From Bdellovibrionota bacterium (GTDB lineage Bacteria > Bdellovibrionota_C > UBA2361 > OMIW01): 32,329 nucleotides of DNA. The stretch is taken from assembly GCA_044345055.1 (NCBI GenBank), contig JBIJBT010000028.1:1-32329 (forward strand). Reading direction: 5' to 3'. The notes below the pieces were generated by a model. It saw only the letters and a program-made list of their open reading frames with translations, did not search any database and was not told the origin of the DNA. Made by a program: the position numbers and the translations under genes. Shown one piece after another: positions 20,190 through 29,090 of the stretch (positions are counted from its first letter, which is position 1; each line of letters opens with the position of its first letter).

Positions 20190-20295
20190 GAGGTGTCCTG
20201 TTGGTGTAGCGTTGACTCTTCAGCTCATCTGACGGAATCGTTAGTTTTGTTGCAGGATGCAATTTAAAATTCACCGATGACGAGCTTTATTGAAA

Positions 20296-21150
20296 CTAAT
20301 ACTGATGAAATCCTCGTCCCGTTTTTTTTCCAAGATATCCAGCCTCAACGTAACGGATCAGAAGAGGGCATGGGCGATATTTGTCATCACCGATATCGCG
20401 GTGGAGTACCTGAAGGATAAATAGTACGGTATCGAGCCCTATAAAATCCGCAAGGGTGAGGGGGCCCATTGGTTGATTCGTGCCAAGTTTCATCGCGGTG
20501 TCGATATCAGAAGCAGCAACTCCCTCCTGAAGTAAATATATCGCTTCGTTGATCATCGGCATGAGTATGCGATTAACGATGAAGCCTGCGCTGTCTATAC
20601 CCAGAACCGTCGTTTTCCCGAATTTTTCGGCGAGCAAAGCTGTTGCGCGATAGGTGGCTTCGTTTGTCCGCAATCCCTTTATGATCTCGACAAGAGTCAT
20701 CACGGGTACCGGATTCATGAAGTGCATTCCGATTACCTGTTCTGGGCGATTCGTAGCTGCTGCGAGGCGAGTTATAGAGATCGATGAAGTGTTGCTTGCG
20801 ATGATTGCATCAGGCGACAGAACCGCGTCGAGTTTTTTAATTATTGAGCTTTTGAGCTCGACCTGTTCGCTCACTGCTTCTATAACGATCTGACAATCCC
20901 TAAGGTCGTCCAGCGATGCGACGGGCTGAATCCGGTCAAGGAGCGATTTTCCATCATCAACAGTGATTTTCCCTCGCTCGAGCAAGCGTTTTAGCTGAGT
21001 TTCTATTCCTTGCTTGCCCCGTTCGGCCGCTGTTTTATCGACATCAGCAAGAAGAACCTCGACTCCAGCCTTGGCGGCGGTCTGTGCAATCCCTGCTCCC
21101 ATCTGTCCTGCACCAACAACGCCGAGGACGGTACATAATTCATGAGTCAT
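20296..21150 (-). CDS. hbd: 3-hydroxybutyryl-CoA dehydrogenase
   Basis: GAGQMGAGIA Rossmann motif, IEAVSE, ASNTSSISI, GMHFMNPVPVM, GFIVNRIL, PMGPLTLADFIGLD, LGKKTGRGF; RBS GGAGG. Confidence 0.93.
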   Translation of the reverse strand: MTHELCTVLGVVGAGQMGAGIAQTAAKAGVEVLLADVDKTAAERGKQGIETQLKRLLERGKITVDDGKSLLDRIQPVASLDDLRDCQIVIEAVSEQVELKSSIIKKLDAVLSPDAIIASNTSSISITRLAAATNRPEQVIGMHFMNPVPVMTLVEIIKGLRTNEATYRATALLAEKFGKTTVLGIDSAGFIVNRILMPMINEAIYLLQEGVAASDIDTAMKLGTNQPMGPLTLADFIGLDTVLFILQVLHRDIGDDKYRPCPLLIRYVEAGYLGKKTGRGFHQY

Positions 21151-21359
21151 GAAATCCTCCGAATTGGTGTTTTATACGAGCCTGCCCCTATCATTAGGGG
21201 GGATCGAGTTGTGATTGGTCGTTGCCCTATATCCTATTCAGCAATTGGTAGGGTATGCTACGGCGGCGTGCTGCTCAACCCATAAAGTGGCGCTGAGGCG
21301 TGAGGGGTTGTGGGAGGTTTTACGAAACTTTCCAACTGATTTGTTACGAAGGATGAATA

Positions 21360-22565
21360 ATGAGTAATCCAGCAAAAAACGAGCTTTTCCCTGTTCGAGA
21401 AGAGGCTGATTCGGCGAATGGATCGTCGCATCGGGGCAAGGTTGTTGCGGTTCCGCCGCGATTGCGGGCTACTACGAGTGGAGAATCTTTCGATGGCGAG
21501 CGTTCTTCACGAGCGACCCAACCGTTTCTACAGAGGGTGAGTCAGTTTTTGATGCGTGACTTTGCGATTGACGTGGGGACTGCGAACACACTCATCTATG
21601 AGAAGGGCAGGGGAATTATTCTGAATGAGCCCTCGGTTGTTGCAATGCGGATTGAGAATGGCCGTAAAAAGGTCGTTGCGTTTGGAACAGAGGCAAAACG
21701 AATGTTGGGTCGTACCCCTGAGGGGGTGAAGGTTATTAGGCCTATTCGTACAGGAGTAATCGCTGATTTTGATGCAGCAACTTTGATGCTTTCCCATTTT
21801 CTTGGGGAGGTTCGCAAGCGAAGTAGAGCCGTTCTAAAACCTCGCGTCTTGGTGGGTGTACCATCTGGTATTACCGAGGTTGAGAAGCGTGCGATTCGTG
21901 AGGCCGTGGAATCCCAAGCTCGGGGCAGCATCCGCTTTATTGATGAAGCGATGGCAGCTGCAATAGGGTGTCGTCTCCCCGTTACTGAGGCTGCCGCAAG
22001 TATGATCGTTGATATTGGGGGAGGAACCACCGACATTGCAGTCTTGAGTCTAAAAGATATCGTATTTGCCCTATCGGTTCGTGAGGGTGGGGATGCAATA
22101 GATGAGGCAATTATTAACTATTTGCGACGCACTCATCATCTTTTGATAGGAGAGTCGACCGCCGAAGAGGTAAAGAGATCGATCGGGAGTGCTCACGAGA
22201 GCTTTGATTATCAGGAGATGGAGGTGCGGGGACGAAGCCTAGTAAGTGGGGCTCCAAGCGCTCTAATCATAACTGGACGGGAGATTCGTGAGGCGATAGC
22301 TGATGTGGTAACGGGTATCGTTGCAGCTGTTCGTCAGGCACTCGAGAACACTCCTCCAGAGCTCTCAGGTGACATCTTGTCGCGTGGTCTTGCTCTGGCG
22401 GGAGGAGGGGCGCTCCTTCACGGGTTGGCGGACCATCTGCGAGATCGGCTTGGGGTTAAGGTTTCAATAGCAGCCGAGCCGCTCGCGGCGGTTGTTGAGG
22501 GAGCAGGTTTTTGTCTCGACGATGAAGAGCGATTTCGGAGCTGTTGGTGCGAGGCGGGGCGTTAG
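21360..22565 (+). CDS. mreB: MreB-family actin-like protein with N-terminal extension
   Basis: AIDVGTANTLIY, NEPSVVA, RPIRTGVIADF, VPSGITEVEKRA, VDIGGGTTDIAV, LIGESTAEEVK, TPPELSGDI, GGGALL; RBS-like AAGGA before ATG 21360. Confidence 0.92.
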   Translation: MSNPAKNELFPVREEADSANGSSHRGKVVAVPPRLRATTSGESFDGERSSRATQPFLQRVSQFLMRDFAIDVGTANTLIYEKGRGIILNEPSVVAMRIENGRKKVVAFGTEAKRMLGRTPEGVKVIRPIRTGVIADFDAATLMLSHFLGEVRKRSRAVLKPRVLVGVPSGITEVEKRAIREAVESQARGSIRFIDEAMAAAIGCRLPVTEAAASMIVDIGGGTTDIAVLSLKDIVFALSVREGGDAIDEAIINYLRRTHHLLIGESTAEEVKRSIGSAHESFDYQEMEVRGRSLVSGAPSALIITGREIREAIADVVTGIVAAVRQALENTPPELSGDILSRGLALAGGGALLHGLADHLRDRLGVKVSIAAEPLAAVVEGAGFCLDDEERFRSCWCEAGR

Positions 22566-22595
22566 AGGTTGCGACCCCCCTTATTTCGCAGCCTC

Positions 22596-23342
22596 TTAAA
22601 CGCTGCGAGGAGATTTCTGAAGAAGAAACAGAAGTTGATACGCGAAAAGTCCGGGCATTTTGGTGGCGAGGCAGTGATGAGCTGATTGCATCCACCCCCA
22701 CGGCTTCGATTGAGCGAGTGATGCAGGTACGAGAAGCTCTAATGGCGGTATCGAACCGGTCCGAGAAACTATCTGAATCTGAGAATTGTTTTTGATTAGG
22801 TTTGTGATAGTTGAAAGGGTAAAAAATTTAAGATGCGTTCGGTCGAGTGGTCCCTTGTTCATCTCGGGAAAAAATCCCAATAGAAGCATTAACCGTATTG
22901 CAAAGTGAGCGATATTTGGGACTGATATCAGAAGGTGGCCACCAGGGCGGAGTCGCTGAGTTGCGCTTGCAAGAAGTGTAGCGGGGTCGCTCACATGCTC
23001 AAGAACATCGAGAAGCAGAATTGAGTCGAACGATTCTTCAGGAGCAAGATCGTCGACACCCTCGTGGACGGTCGCATATAGGGGACGCAAGTGCTCCCAG
23101 CTCGATCGATCTGGTTCAACTGCGATAATGTGTGATGGGGACCCTAGTAGCTTCGCGATAACGCCGCTTCCGGGGCCGATATCGAGCAGATCGCCTATCT
23201 TAGGTAATTGATGCAGCGTCTTAATAGCCCAGTCGTGACTTGATCCCAAAAAAGGCTTTTCTCCGTACCGTTCATGCGGTGGTAGGGGTGTCGTCGTATC
23301 GAAAAGATCGTGTATCTTCATTGGTGATAGTTTGGGAGACAT
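22596..23342 (-). CDS. Class I SAM-dependent methyltransferase
   Basis: LLDIGPGSG motif I, FDSILLLDVLEHVSDP, LRPGGHLLISVPN, GPLDRTHLKFFT. Confidence 0.88.
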   Translation of the reverse strand: MSPKLSPMKIHDLFDTTTPLPPHERYGEKPFLGSSHDWAIKTLHQLPKIGDLLDIGPGSGVIAKLLGSPSHIIAVEPDRSSWEHLRPLYATVHEGVDDLAPEESFDSILLLDVLEHVSDPATLLASATQRLRPGGHLLISVPNIAHFAIRLMLLLGFFPEMNKGPLDRTHLKFFTLSTITNLIKNNSQIQIVSRTGSIPPLELLVPASLAQSKPWGWMQSAHHCLATKMPGLFAYQLLFLLQKSPRSV

Positions 23343-23662
23343 TACGGTGAAAACGGGGCACCAAAAACTTCAATTGGCGTGATACTACTTTTTAGTAGTT
23401 CGCCGTTATTCAGTATCGATGTCGCAGGACTTGAACGACATACAACCATTTTTCCTAACCATGGCTGAGAACTTTGTTCATAGTCTTCGAAGAATATCGT
23501 CCAGTCAAATTTATTTTGGAGTCAGGCCGTAGTTTTAAGCGGGACAGAAATCCGAAATTGCCGATACTGCTACGATCGCGGTCCATCGAACGGACAGATT
23601 TGGTACAGCCGTGCAAGGTTCGCTACTAGAGCCTGGATAATTCAGCCAAGGATGGACGATTT

Positions 23663-24556
23663 GTGCAAGAGAGGCAGGAGGGAGCAGGGGAATTAATGCA
23701 ACCGGTTAATGGATCAATATCGTATCTTCGCTATCTCTGGTATCGGATGAGGGAGCCTGCGGTGGGTGATTTTCTCGATGTGGGAATCGGGATCGACCTT
23801 CGTGCTCGACGGTTTCGGGGGGTGTGGGAGCATCACCTCGCTCGTACTCGGGGTTTTATCGTGGAGGCAACGAAGGATGGAGGGGATGAGGTTGTTGTGC
23901 TGGGTGCAGGACAGCTGCGGGACTGTCCCCTGCACGATCTGGTAGATCGATTCTCGCGGGTTGTTCTTGTTGATATTGATCCGCGTGCTATTGCGTGGTG
24001 TCGCCGTTTTGTGCGGCGCTTCGGTAATCGGGTTGTGTGCGAACGAGGTGACTTAACTGGGGTTGTCGTGGAGTGGAGTGCTGCGTTGAGTCGAGTACGA
24101 TATGGGCTGAAAAGCGATGTCACTGCGGTCTTAAAAAACCTCTCAGCCCCTGAACGTCGTTGGTCGAGCGATACGGTGATATCGCTTAATGTTCTCTCTC
24201 AGCTTGGAGTTATGTGGCGCGACCGGGTAGCGCGGATCGTCGGGAGTGATGTTGCGCAGTCAGACGATGTAGCCGAGGCTACATCAGAGTCGATTGCTCG
24301 ATTAGAAGGGGCTCATAGTGGTGGGATGGCGCGTGCACGTCGAACAGTGCTTATCGCCGACAGGTTCTTTTTTTCCGGAAATCAGCGAGGAACTTTGTGG
24401 GAGGTGGAAGATGCTCTCTACGGGCCGTGGCCTGAACAGTTACCGGAGCGGAGTGTTTGGCTTCATGGCTCGTGGTTGTGGCAGCTCGTTCCTGCCGGAG
24501 GGGAGGGGGCGGATGAGGAGATCGTTCACGAGGTATGGGCACGTGCTTTTCCGTAA
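23663..24556 (+). CDS. Hypothetical protein with SAM-methyltransferase-like Rossmann motifs
   Basis: 297 aa ORF; VVVLGAG...FSRVVLVDID, GDLTG and DTVISLNVLSQL resemble class I MTase motifs. Start may be ATG 23696. Confidence 0.65.
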   Translation: MQERQEGAGELMQPVNGSISYLRYLWYRMREPAVGDFLDVGIGIDLRARRFRGVWEHHLARTRGFIVEATKDGGDEVVVLGAGQLRDCPLHDLVDRFSRVVLVDIDPRAIAWCRRFVRRFGNRVVCERGDLTGVVVEWSAALSRVRYGLKSDVTAVLKNLSAPERRWSSDTVISLNVLSQLGVMWRDRVARIVGSDVAQSDDVAEATSESIARLEGAHSGGMARARRTVLIADRFFFSGNQRGTLWEVEDALYGPWPEQLPERSVWLHGSWLWQLVPAGGEGADEEIVHEVWARAFP

Positions 24557-24586
24557 AGAGGCAGAGTTTGAGGATTATCTGCTGAC

Positions 24587-25633
24587 CTAAGATTCCCCTC
24601 CTTGCGCTTGCCGTAAACGAATAAGGGTAGCTCCCGGCTTGCGAACACCGAAGTTACCCAGATGCCTTGCCTGACCAGGAGAGACGTACGAGAGGAGGTT
24701 GGGAGAGAGTGCGTCCCACCCGATGCGCTGCCGATTACTATCGCGGGTGTGTCCTCGCCTTTTCATCGCAATTACACCGTTAATTGGGCCGATGCCAATC
24801 TCTCCGCCGTGAAGATGGCCAGTGAGCAACAACTTAAATATGTCAGGAAAAGTGCGATTTACGGCGTCTAGGTTGTGGGCAATGACTATGTTGAGGTCAG
24901 AGTTGGGGAATGAACCGGGCTGGGGCGGAGCAGGATGCCCTTCTAGGTGGTCATCGGTGCCATAGATTGCGATGGTACTGCCATTAACTTGGATCGTTGC
25001 CCAGCTATTTGAAAGCTCTTGATAGCCCGCCTCGGCCATTTTAGCTCTAACTTGTTCGGGATTTCGATCGTAATAATCGTGATTTCCCATCACAAAAACC
25101 TTGTGGCCATGTCGCCCAAGATAGTCAAGATTCGCTATCGCGTAGCTACCTAGATCCTCAGAAGATCCGGTGACTATATCACCAGTAAGACACACGAGAT
25201 TGACCCTTTGTCGAGTTACATCAAGATGGGTTGCGAGCCGAATAATATTTCGGAGCCGTGCGTCAGACTCTTTTTGGAAATGTATATCTGAGAGGTGGAG
25301 GATCGTGAATCCCTCGAGCGCAGGTGGAAGATTTTTGATTGGAAGATCGTACTCGTAGAGGTTGGTGTCTCGAGAAATGGGGGTGACGACTCGGCTTTCT
25401 CTTGTGGCGCGGAGCAAGGCACGTATCGCTGGATCGGTAGGACGCCGAAAAGGGAGTGTGGCCGGATCGGTTGTGCGTTGCCTAAGCGAAGAAGAATCCT
25501 CACGCGAGCTTTTTTGTCCCGGCATTTGGAGCTCTTTTAGCTGTTGTGAGAATTGTTGAAGGGAGTGGGGGTCAGATCCCGTGTCTCGACCGAACATATT
25601 TTCTCCTATCACGCACGATTCTGGCTGAGCCAC
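24587..25633 (-). CDS. Calcineurin-like metallophosphoesterase (YkuE/YaeI-like)
   Basis: All five motifs present: HLSDIH, LTGD, GNHD, IAH, GHLHGG. Start uncertain because of several in-frame Met in a polar N-terminus. Confidence 0.88.
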   Translation of the reverse strand: MAQPESCVIGENMFGRDTGSDPHSLQQFSQQLKELQMPGQKSSREDSSSLRQRTTDPATLPFRRPTDPAIRALLRATRESRVVTPISRDTNLYEYDLPIKNLPPALEGFTILHLSDIHFQKESDARLRNIIRLATHLDVTRQRVNLVCLTGDIVTGSSEDLGSYAIANLDYLGRHGHKVFVMGNHDYYDRNPEQVRAKMAEAGYQELSNSWATIQVNGSTIAIYGTDDHLEGHPAPPQPGSFPNSDLNIVIAHNLDAVNRTFPDIFKLLLTGHLHGGEIGIGPINGVIAMKRRGHTRDSNRQRIGWDALSPNLLSYVSPGQARHLGNFGVRKPGATLIRLRQAQGGES

Positions 25634-26117
25634 TTTATCTCATATTGCCAAACTTTTCACGCCGACCACGAGCCTTTTTCATCGGGCATTTTGAGAGCGG
25701 TCATCGTGTTTTTTCAGCTTCTGCCCCGCTATCAGAGCTGTAAGCATCAGCGAACAATTTGTAAAACTACTTTCAGTCTCGCTCGTCATCGAATGCGATA
25801 TTTCTCTCTCAAGGTGATTTATATCAGACATGGGGGCGGCTCGGGAGAGGGATTTGTTTAAGAGTGAGGAGCATGCGGGAGAGTGAGAACAGCTTCCAGG
25901 GTTGGACTATTTTTAGCCTGTAGCTCGCTTTCCCAAGGAAAGAGAGCAGGAATGCTCTATCATCGCGCCCCAAATCATTTAATTATGGATGAATGAGAAC
26001 ATCTTTTTGCGATGAAATATGGGGTATTGAGATTGAGCCCTATTTGTCGTAAGTATCGGCACATTAGTTATAGTGAGACTATTGTCTTCTGACATTGCAG
26101 TCGAAGAGATATGAATT

Positions 26118-27557
26118 GTGCGGGGAATGGGACAAAAGATGGATCGAGGTGCACAAAAAAATCTCGAACATGGTGATTCGGTCAAATCGTCACGAGCCGA
26201 ACGAACAAGCGGTGATCCAGCGCAGTCGAACGAACACTCTCAGGCACCCATTCTTCCGAATCGAGATGGGTTAAACGAAGAGCCAGCCGATAATTCCTCC
26301 CTGGTATTTAGCCCTTTGGAGGAGGTAAAGCGATACGCTAACGAATTTCGAAGCGCGCGCGCCGCATTTCATGCAATCTTCCACCGTGCGGAAGATTATT
26401 TTGACTCAGTCCTTGTTACTGCAGGTACCGATCGTACAAATCCCGATTACCCCTCATTTATTTACCTTAATTCTATCCCCGATCTTCGGGGGCATAATCC
26501 TCATAAGGCGATTTTTGGCCAACGTTCAGTTTCACCGAACCCATATTTTCTAGCCGCTATTACGGTGCCGTTGCCATCGACGAGCCTCGATCAGTCGGAG
26601 GGAAATCAAGCATCGGTGCTGGGAGTGCAACCCGGATTCACTAAACCGGGAGAAAAGCCGTGTATTCCTCGTGACCGAATGCTTATCGCCTGGCTCGAGT
26701 ATAGCAGGAGCAATCAGTGTTACTACCTACATCGTCCGAACTCTCATAGTCTCGTCGATAGCGCGCAATTTAGATTTGAAAACCTCACTTTGCTCCAGCA
26801 ATGTACTCGCGATCAGTGGAATTGGAGCGGATTAGAGAGGGCCGTGCGGGAGGTGCTTGCTCCGAAGGGACTCGAGGTTGTTCATAAAGATCTGGGGGCC
26901 TTTAATCATATCTGGGATGATCAAATTGAGATAAGAAGAGGTAGTTCAAAGGATCTGCCCCCCGCCTACGAGATGCTTGCAGATGTGCTCGATGCAATTG
27001 CCGAAGTAAACGTCAGAAAGGAGGGATTCTTCAACACGAGAGTGATTGCTAAACCGGAACGACCTCTTGCTATAAATATCACTGAGCAGGCCAAAAGGTT
27101 TGCCGATATCAACCGAGTCAGCGATCGTAGCAAAAAACTAGATACTATTATCGAGCAGGGTCGTTACCTTCTCGGTCAATATACCGAACCATACACGGTC
27201 GGGTGTCTCGGTGAACTTGTAAGCCGCCTTGAACGTGAGGCAAACGCAAAAGCAAAGCGCAGCTCTCTGCCGTTCGAGCTTCCAGAATCGCCACTTTTTC
27301 GGGGAAGACAAAACTCATCTTCGCAGCTTGTCTCCGATCTTGAGGATATACTGAGATCGTGGGTCCCAAACCCCAGCCGAACGCCCGAGTGCGTGAAAGA
27401 TTTTTTCCGAGCCGTTGATGATCTGCGGCAGGATGCCAAGATGGGGGCAAAAATCACACCGGAACGTTGTCAAAGTATAGTTTGCGCGTTGGAGAAGGGA
27501 CTTTTGTGTCTTCAGGTAACAAACAATTTGCCGTTCAAGGGAAACGAGCCATTATAG
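26118..27557 (+). CDS. Hypothetical protein
   Basis: 479 aa open frame with no larger competing ORF and no motif I recognise. Start could be ATG 26127 or 26139. Confidence 0.7.
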   Translation: MRGMGQKMDRGAQKNLEHGDSVKSSRAERTSGDPAQSNEHSQAPILPNRDGLNEEPADNSSLVFSPLEEVKRYANEFRSARAAFHAIFHRAEDYFDSVLVTAGTDRTNPDYPSFIYLNSIPDLRGHNPHKAIFGQRSVSPNPYFLAAITVPLPSTSLDQSEGNQASVLGVQPGFTKPGEKPCIPRDRMLIAWLEYSRSNQCYYLHRPNSHSLVDSAQFRFENLTLLQQCTRDQWNWSGLERAVREVLAPKGLEVVHKDLGAFNHIWDDQIEIRRGSSKDLPPAYEMLADVLDAIAEVNVRKEGFFNTRVIAKPERPLAINITEQAKRFADINRVSDRSKKLDTIIEQGRYLLGQYTEPYTVGCLGELVSRLEREANAKAKRSSLPFELPESPLFRGRQNSSSQLVSDLEDILRSWVPNPSRTPECVKDFFRAVDDLRQDAKMGAKITPERCQSIVCALEKGLLCLQVTNNLPFKGNEPL

Positions 27558-27699
27558 ATCTGAAACGATGCGCGACTCCGGACGGTGGACTGAGAACGGG
27601 AATATTCTTGTGACCTAACGCAGGGCTAGGGCGGTTGTCGCCGCTCTTAAATCAGCTACTTTCCGCGTCCTAGAAGCGAAAAACTCACAGTCAGATTTC

Positions 27700-28797
27700 T
27701 CAGCGCCGACTAAATGGGATTATATTGAGCATCCCTTCGGCATTTTTGCCGCTTGCGATACCGAGTGTTTGTAAAAGGGCGAATAGCTCTTTGCTCAATC
27801 CTCGGCCTTCGTTGGTTATGTAGTCCGACCAAGCGACCGCAAAGCCTTCGTCTGGATCGGAGGACCCGTACTCAGAGGGTGAACCTTGTTCTTGGTGAAT
27901 TTTTGCGAAGCGATCTCCTGGATAAGTTGTCTCTGGCGATTCTTTGTTAGCGGCGGTCGATGAGGAATTAGATGGTGGCAGATCGTTCTTTGCGAGCCTG
28001 TCTGCGATTAGGTGACCGACTTCGTGATGAAATATTTGGGGATTAAAGTGCCGACCAGATGAAAGAAAAGTTATTCGTCCCAAGGTGGCGGATGCATGAG
28101 CGGCGGCGGAGTCTCTAACTAAGCGTCCATTTCCCGAGCACCATTTAAAGAAATGCTGACCGGGATCAATCACTATCTCATTTATTTCTTCCAATAAAGA
28201 GGACGAAAGATAAGGTGCTATCCCAACTCCCACATTATGAAGGAATCGATCAAAATCGAGGCTACGAGGCGCGATAAGAGTTATATCGTGATCTGAAACA
28301 GATATTCGGAACTCTAAACTGTCAGCCCGTTTACCACTTTGATACTCATAGCCCGGTCTTTCGAATATCGACTTAACCGAAAGAAAGGTCATCGAGGGCT
28401 CTAGCGTCCGAAATGGTTGAGAGCCAATCCGAAAATCGCTCGGCAGAATACCTGTTTGAACAAGACGCGAAGAGATATTTCTGTACAAATCATATTTTTC
28501 CATTCTCAAAAGCTCTTCGAGTACCTTTTCAGCATCACTCGTATTTTTAATACCCAGATCAAGCCCTCGTTTAAATCTCTCAATTATCTGTTCAACGAAA
28601 GCTGCTGGGAGACCAACTTGGTCGGTGGGGCTACCACCGGGTGCTGCTATCTGCCTGACGTCATCGAGCTCTTGAGGAGAAAGTGGCGGAATGGTCCGTT
28701 GATCCGATGAGGTTGTATTTGGAACGCTCTTGGGGCCACTTTTGTGAGACTTCGCTCTATTCCGGCATACGGCGTCCTCATTCTTGGATGTATCCAT
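27700..28797 (-). CDS. Hypothetical protein with C-terminal zincin-like metallopeptidase motif
   Basis: 365 aa ORF; FHHEVGHLI (HExxH) followed by SEYGSSDPDEGFA (S-x-Y...E-x-F-A). Confidence 0.65.
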   Translation of the reverse strand: MDTSKNEDAVCRNRAKSHKSGPKSVPNTTSSDQRTIPPLSPQELDDVRQIAAPGGSPTDQVGLPAAFVEQIIERFKRGLDLGIKNTSDAEKVLEELLRMEKYDLYRNISSRLVQTGILPSDFRIGSQPFRTLEPSMTFLSVKSIFERPGYEYQSGKRADSLEFRISVSDHDITLIAPRSLDFDRFLHNVGVGIAPYLSSSLLEEINEIVIDPGQHFFKWCSGNGRLVRDSAAAHASATLGRITFLSSGRHFNPQIFHHEVGHLIADRLAKNDLPPSNSSSTAANKESPETTYPGDRFAKIHQEQGSPSEYGSSDPDEGFAVAWSDYITNEGRGLSKELFALLQTLGIASGKNAEGMLNIIPFSRR

Positions 28798-29090
28798 TGT
28801 GCCCCGTCTTTTATTCTCCTCACCGTTTACGAGCGAATGGCATTCCTCATTGAATCCACCAAGCTATGAGTCGCTCACCGAGAGTGCGAGTTTGCCACAG
28901 TCGACATCGCATCGGCAAAAATTCGGAGACTGGCATCAGAGCAACTGCACAAACAGCTAAAGCTGTTTTACTAACAGGGTGGACGTCTCTGAATTAGCTA
29001 CACCGTTTTTCTCTCAATCCGCTGGTGTAATCCCTCCGTCGTCGCTATAGTGCGGGCCGTGATGCAGGGTGGTTTGGGGTTGGAGGACCG

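Noticed and set aside
22544..22795. 83 aa + strand ORF after mreB as a possible mreC-like partner
   Set aside because: Mostly overlaps the methyltransferase on the opposite strand and has no TM or MreC features.
25553..25861. 102 aa + strand ORF in the intergenic region before the 479 aa orphan
   Set aside because: Overlaps the start of the metallophosphoesterase gene, has no clear RBS or motif, and is unsupported.
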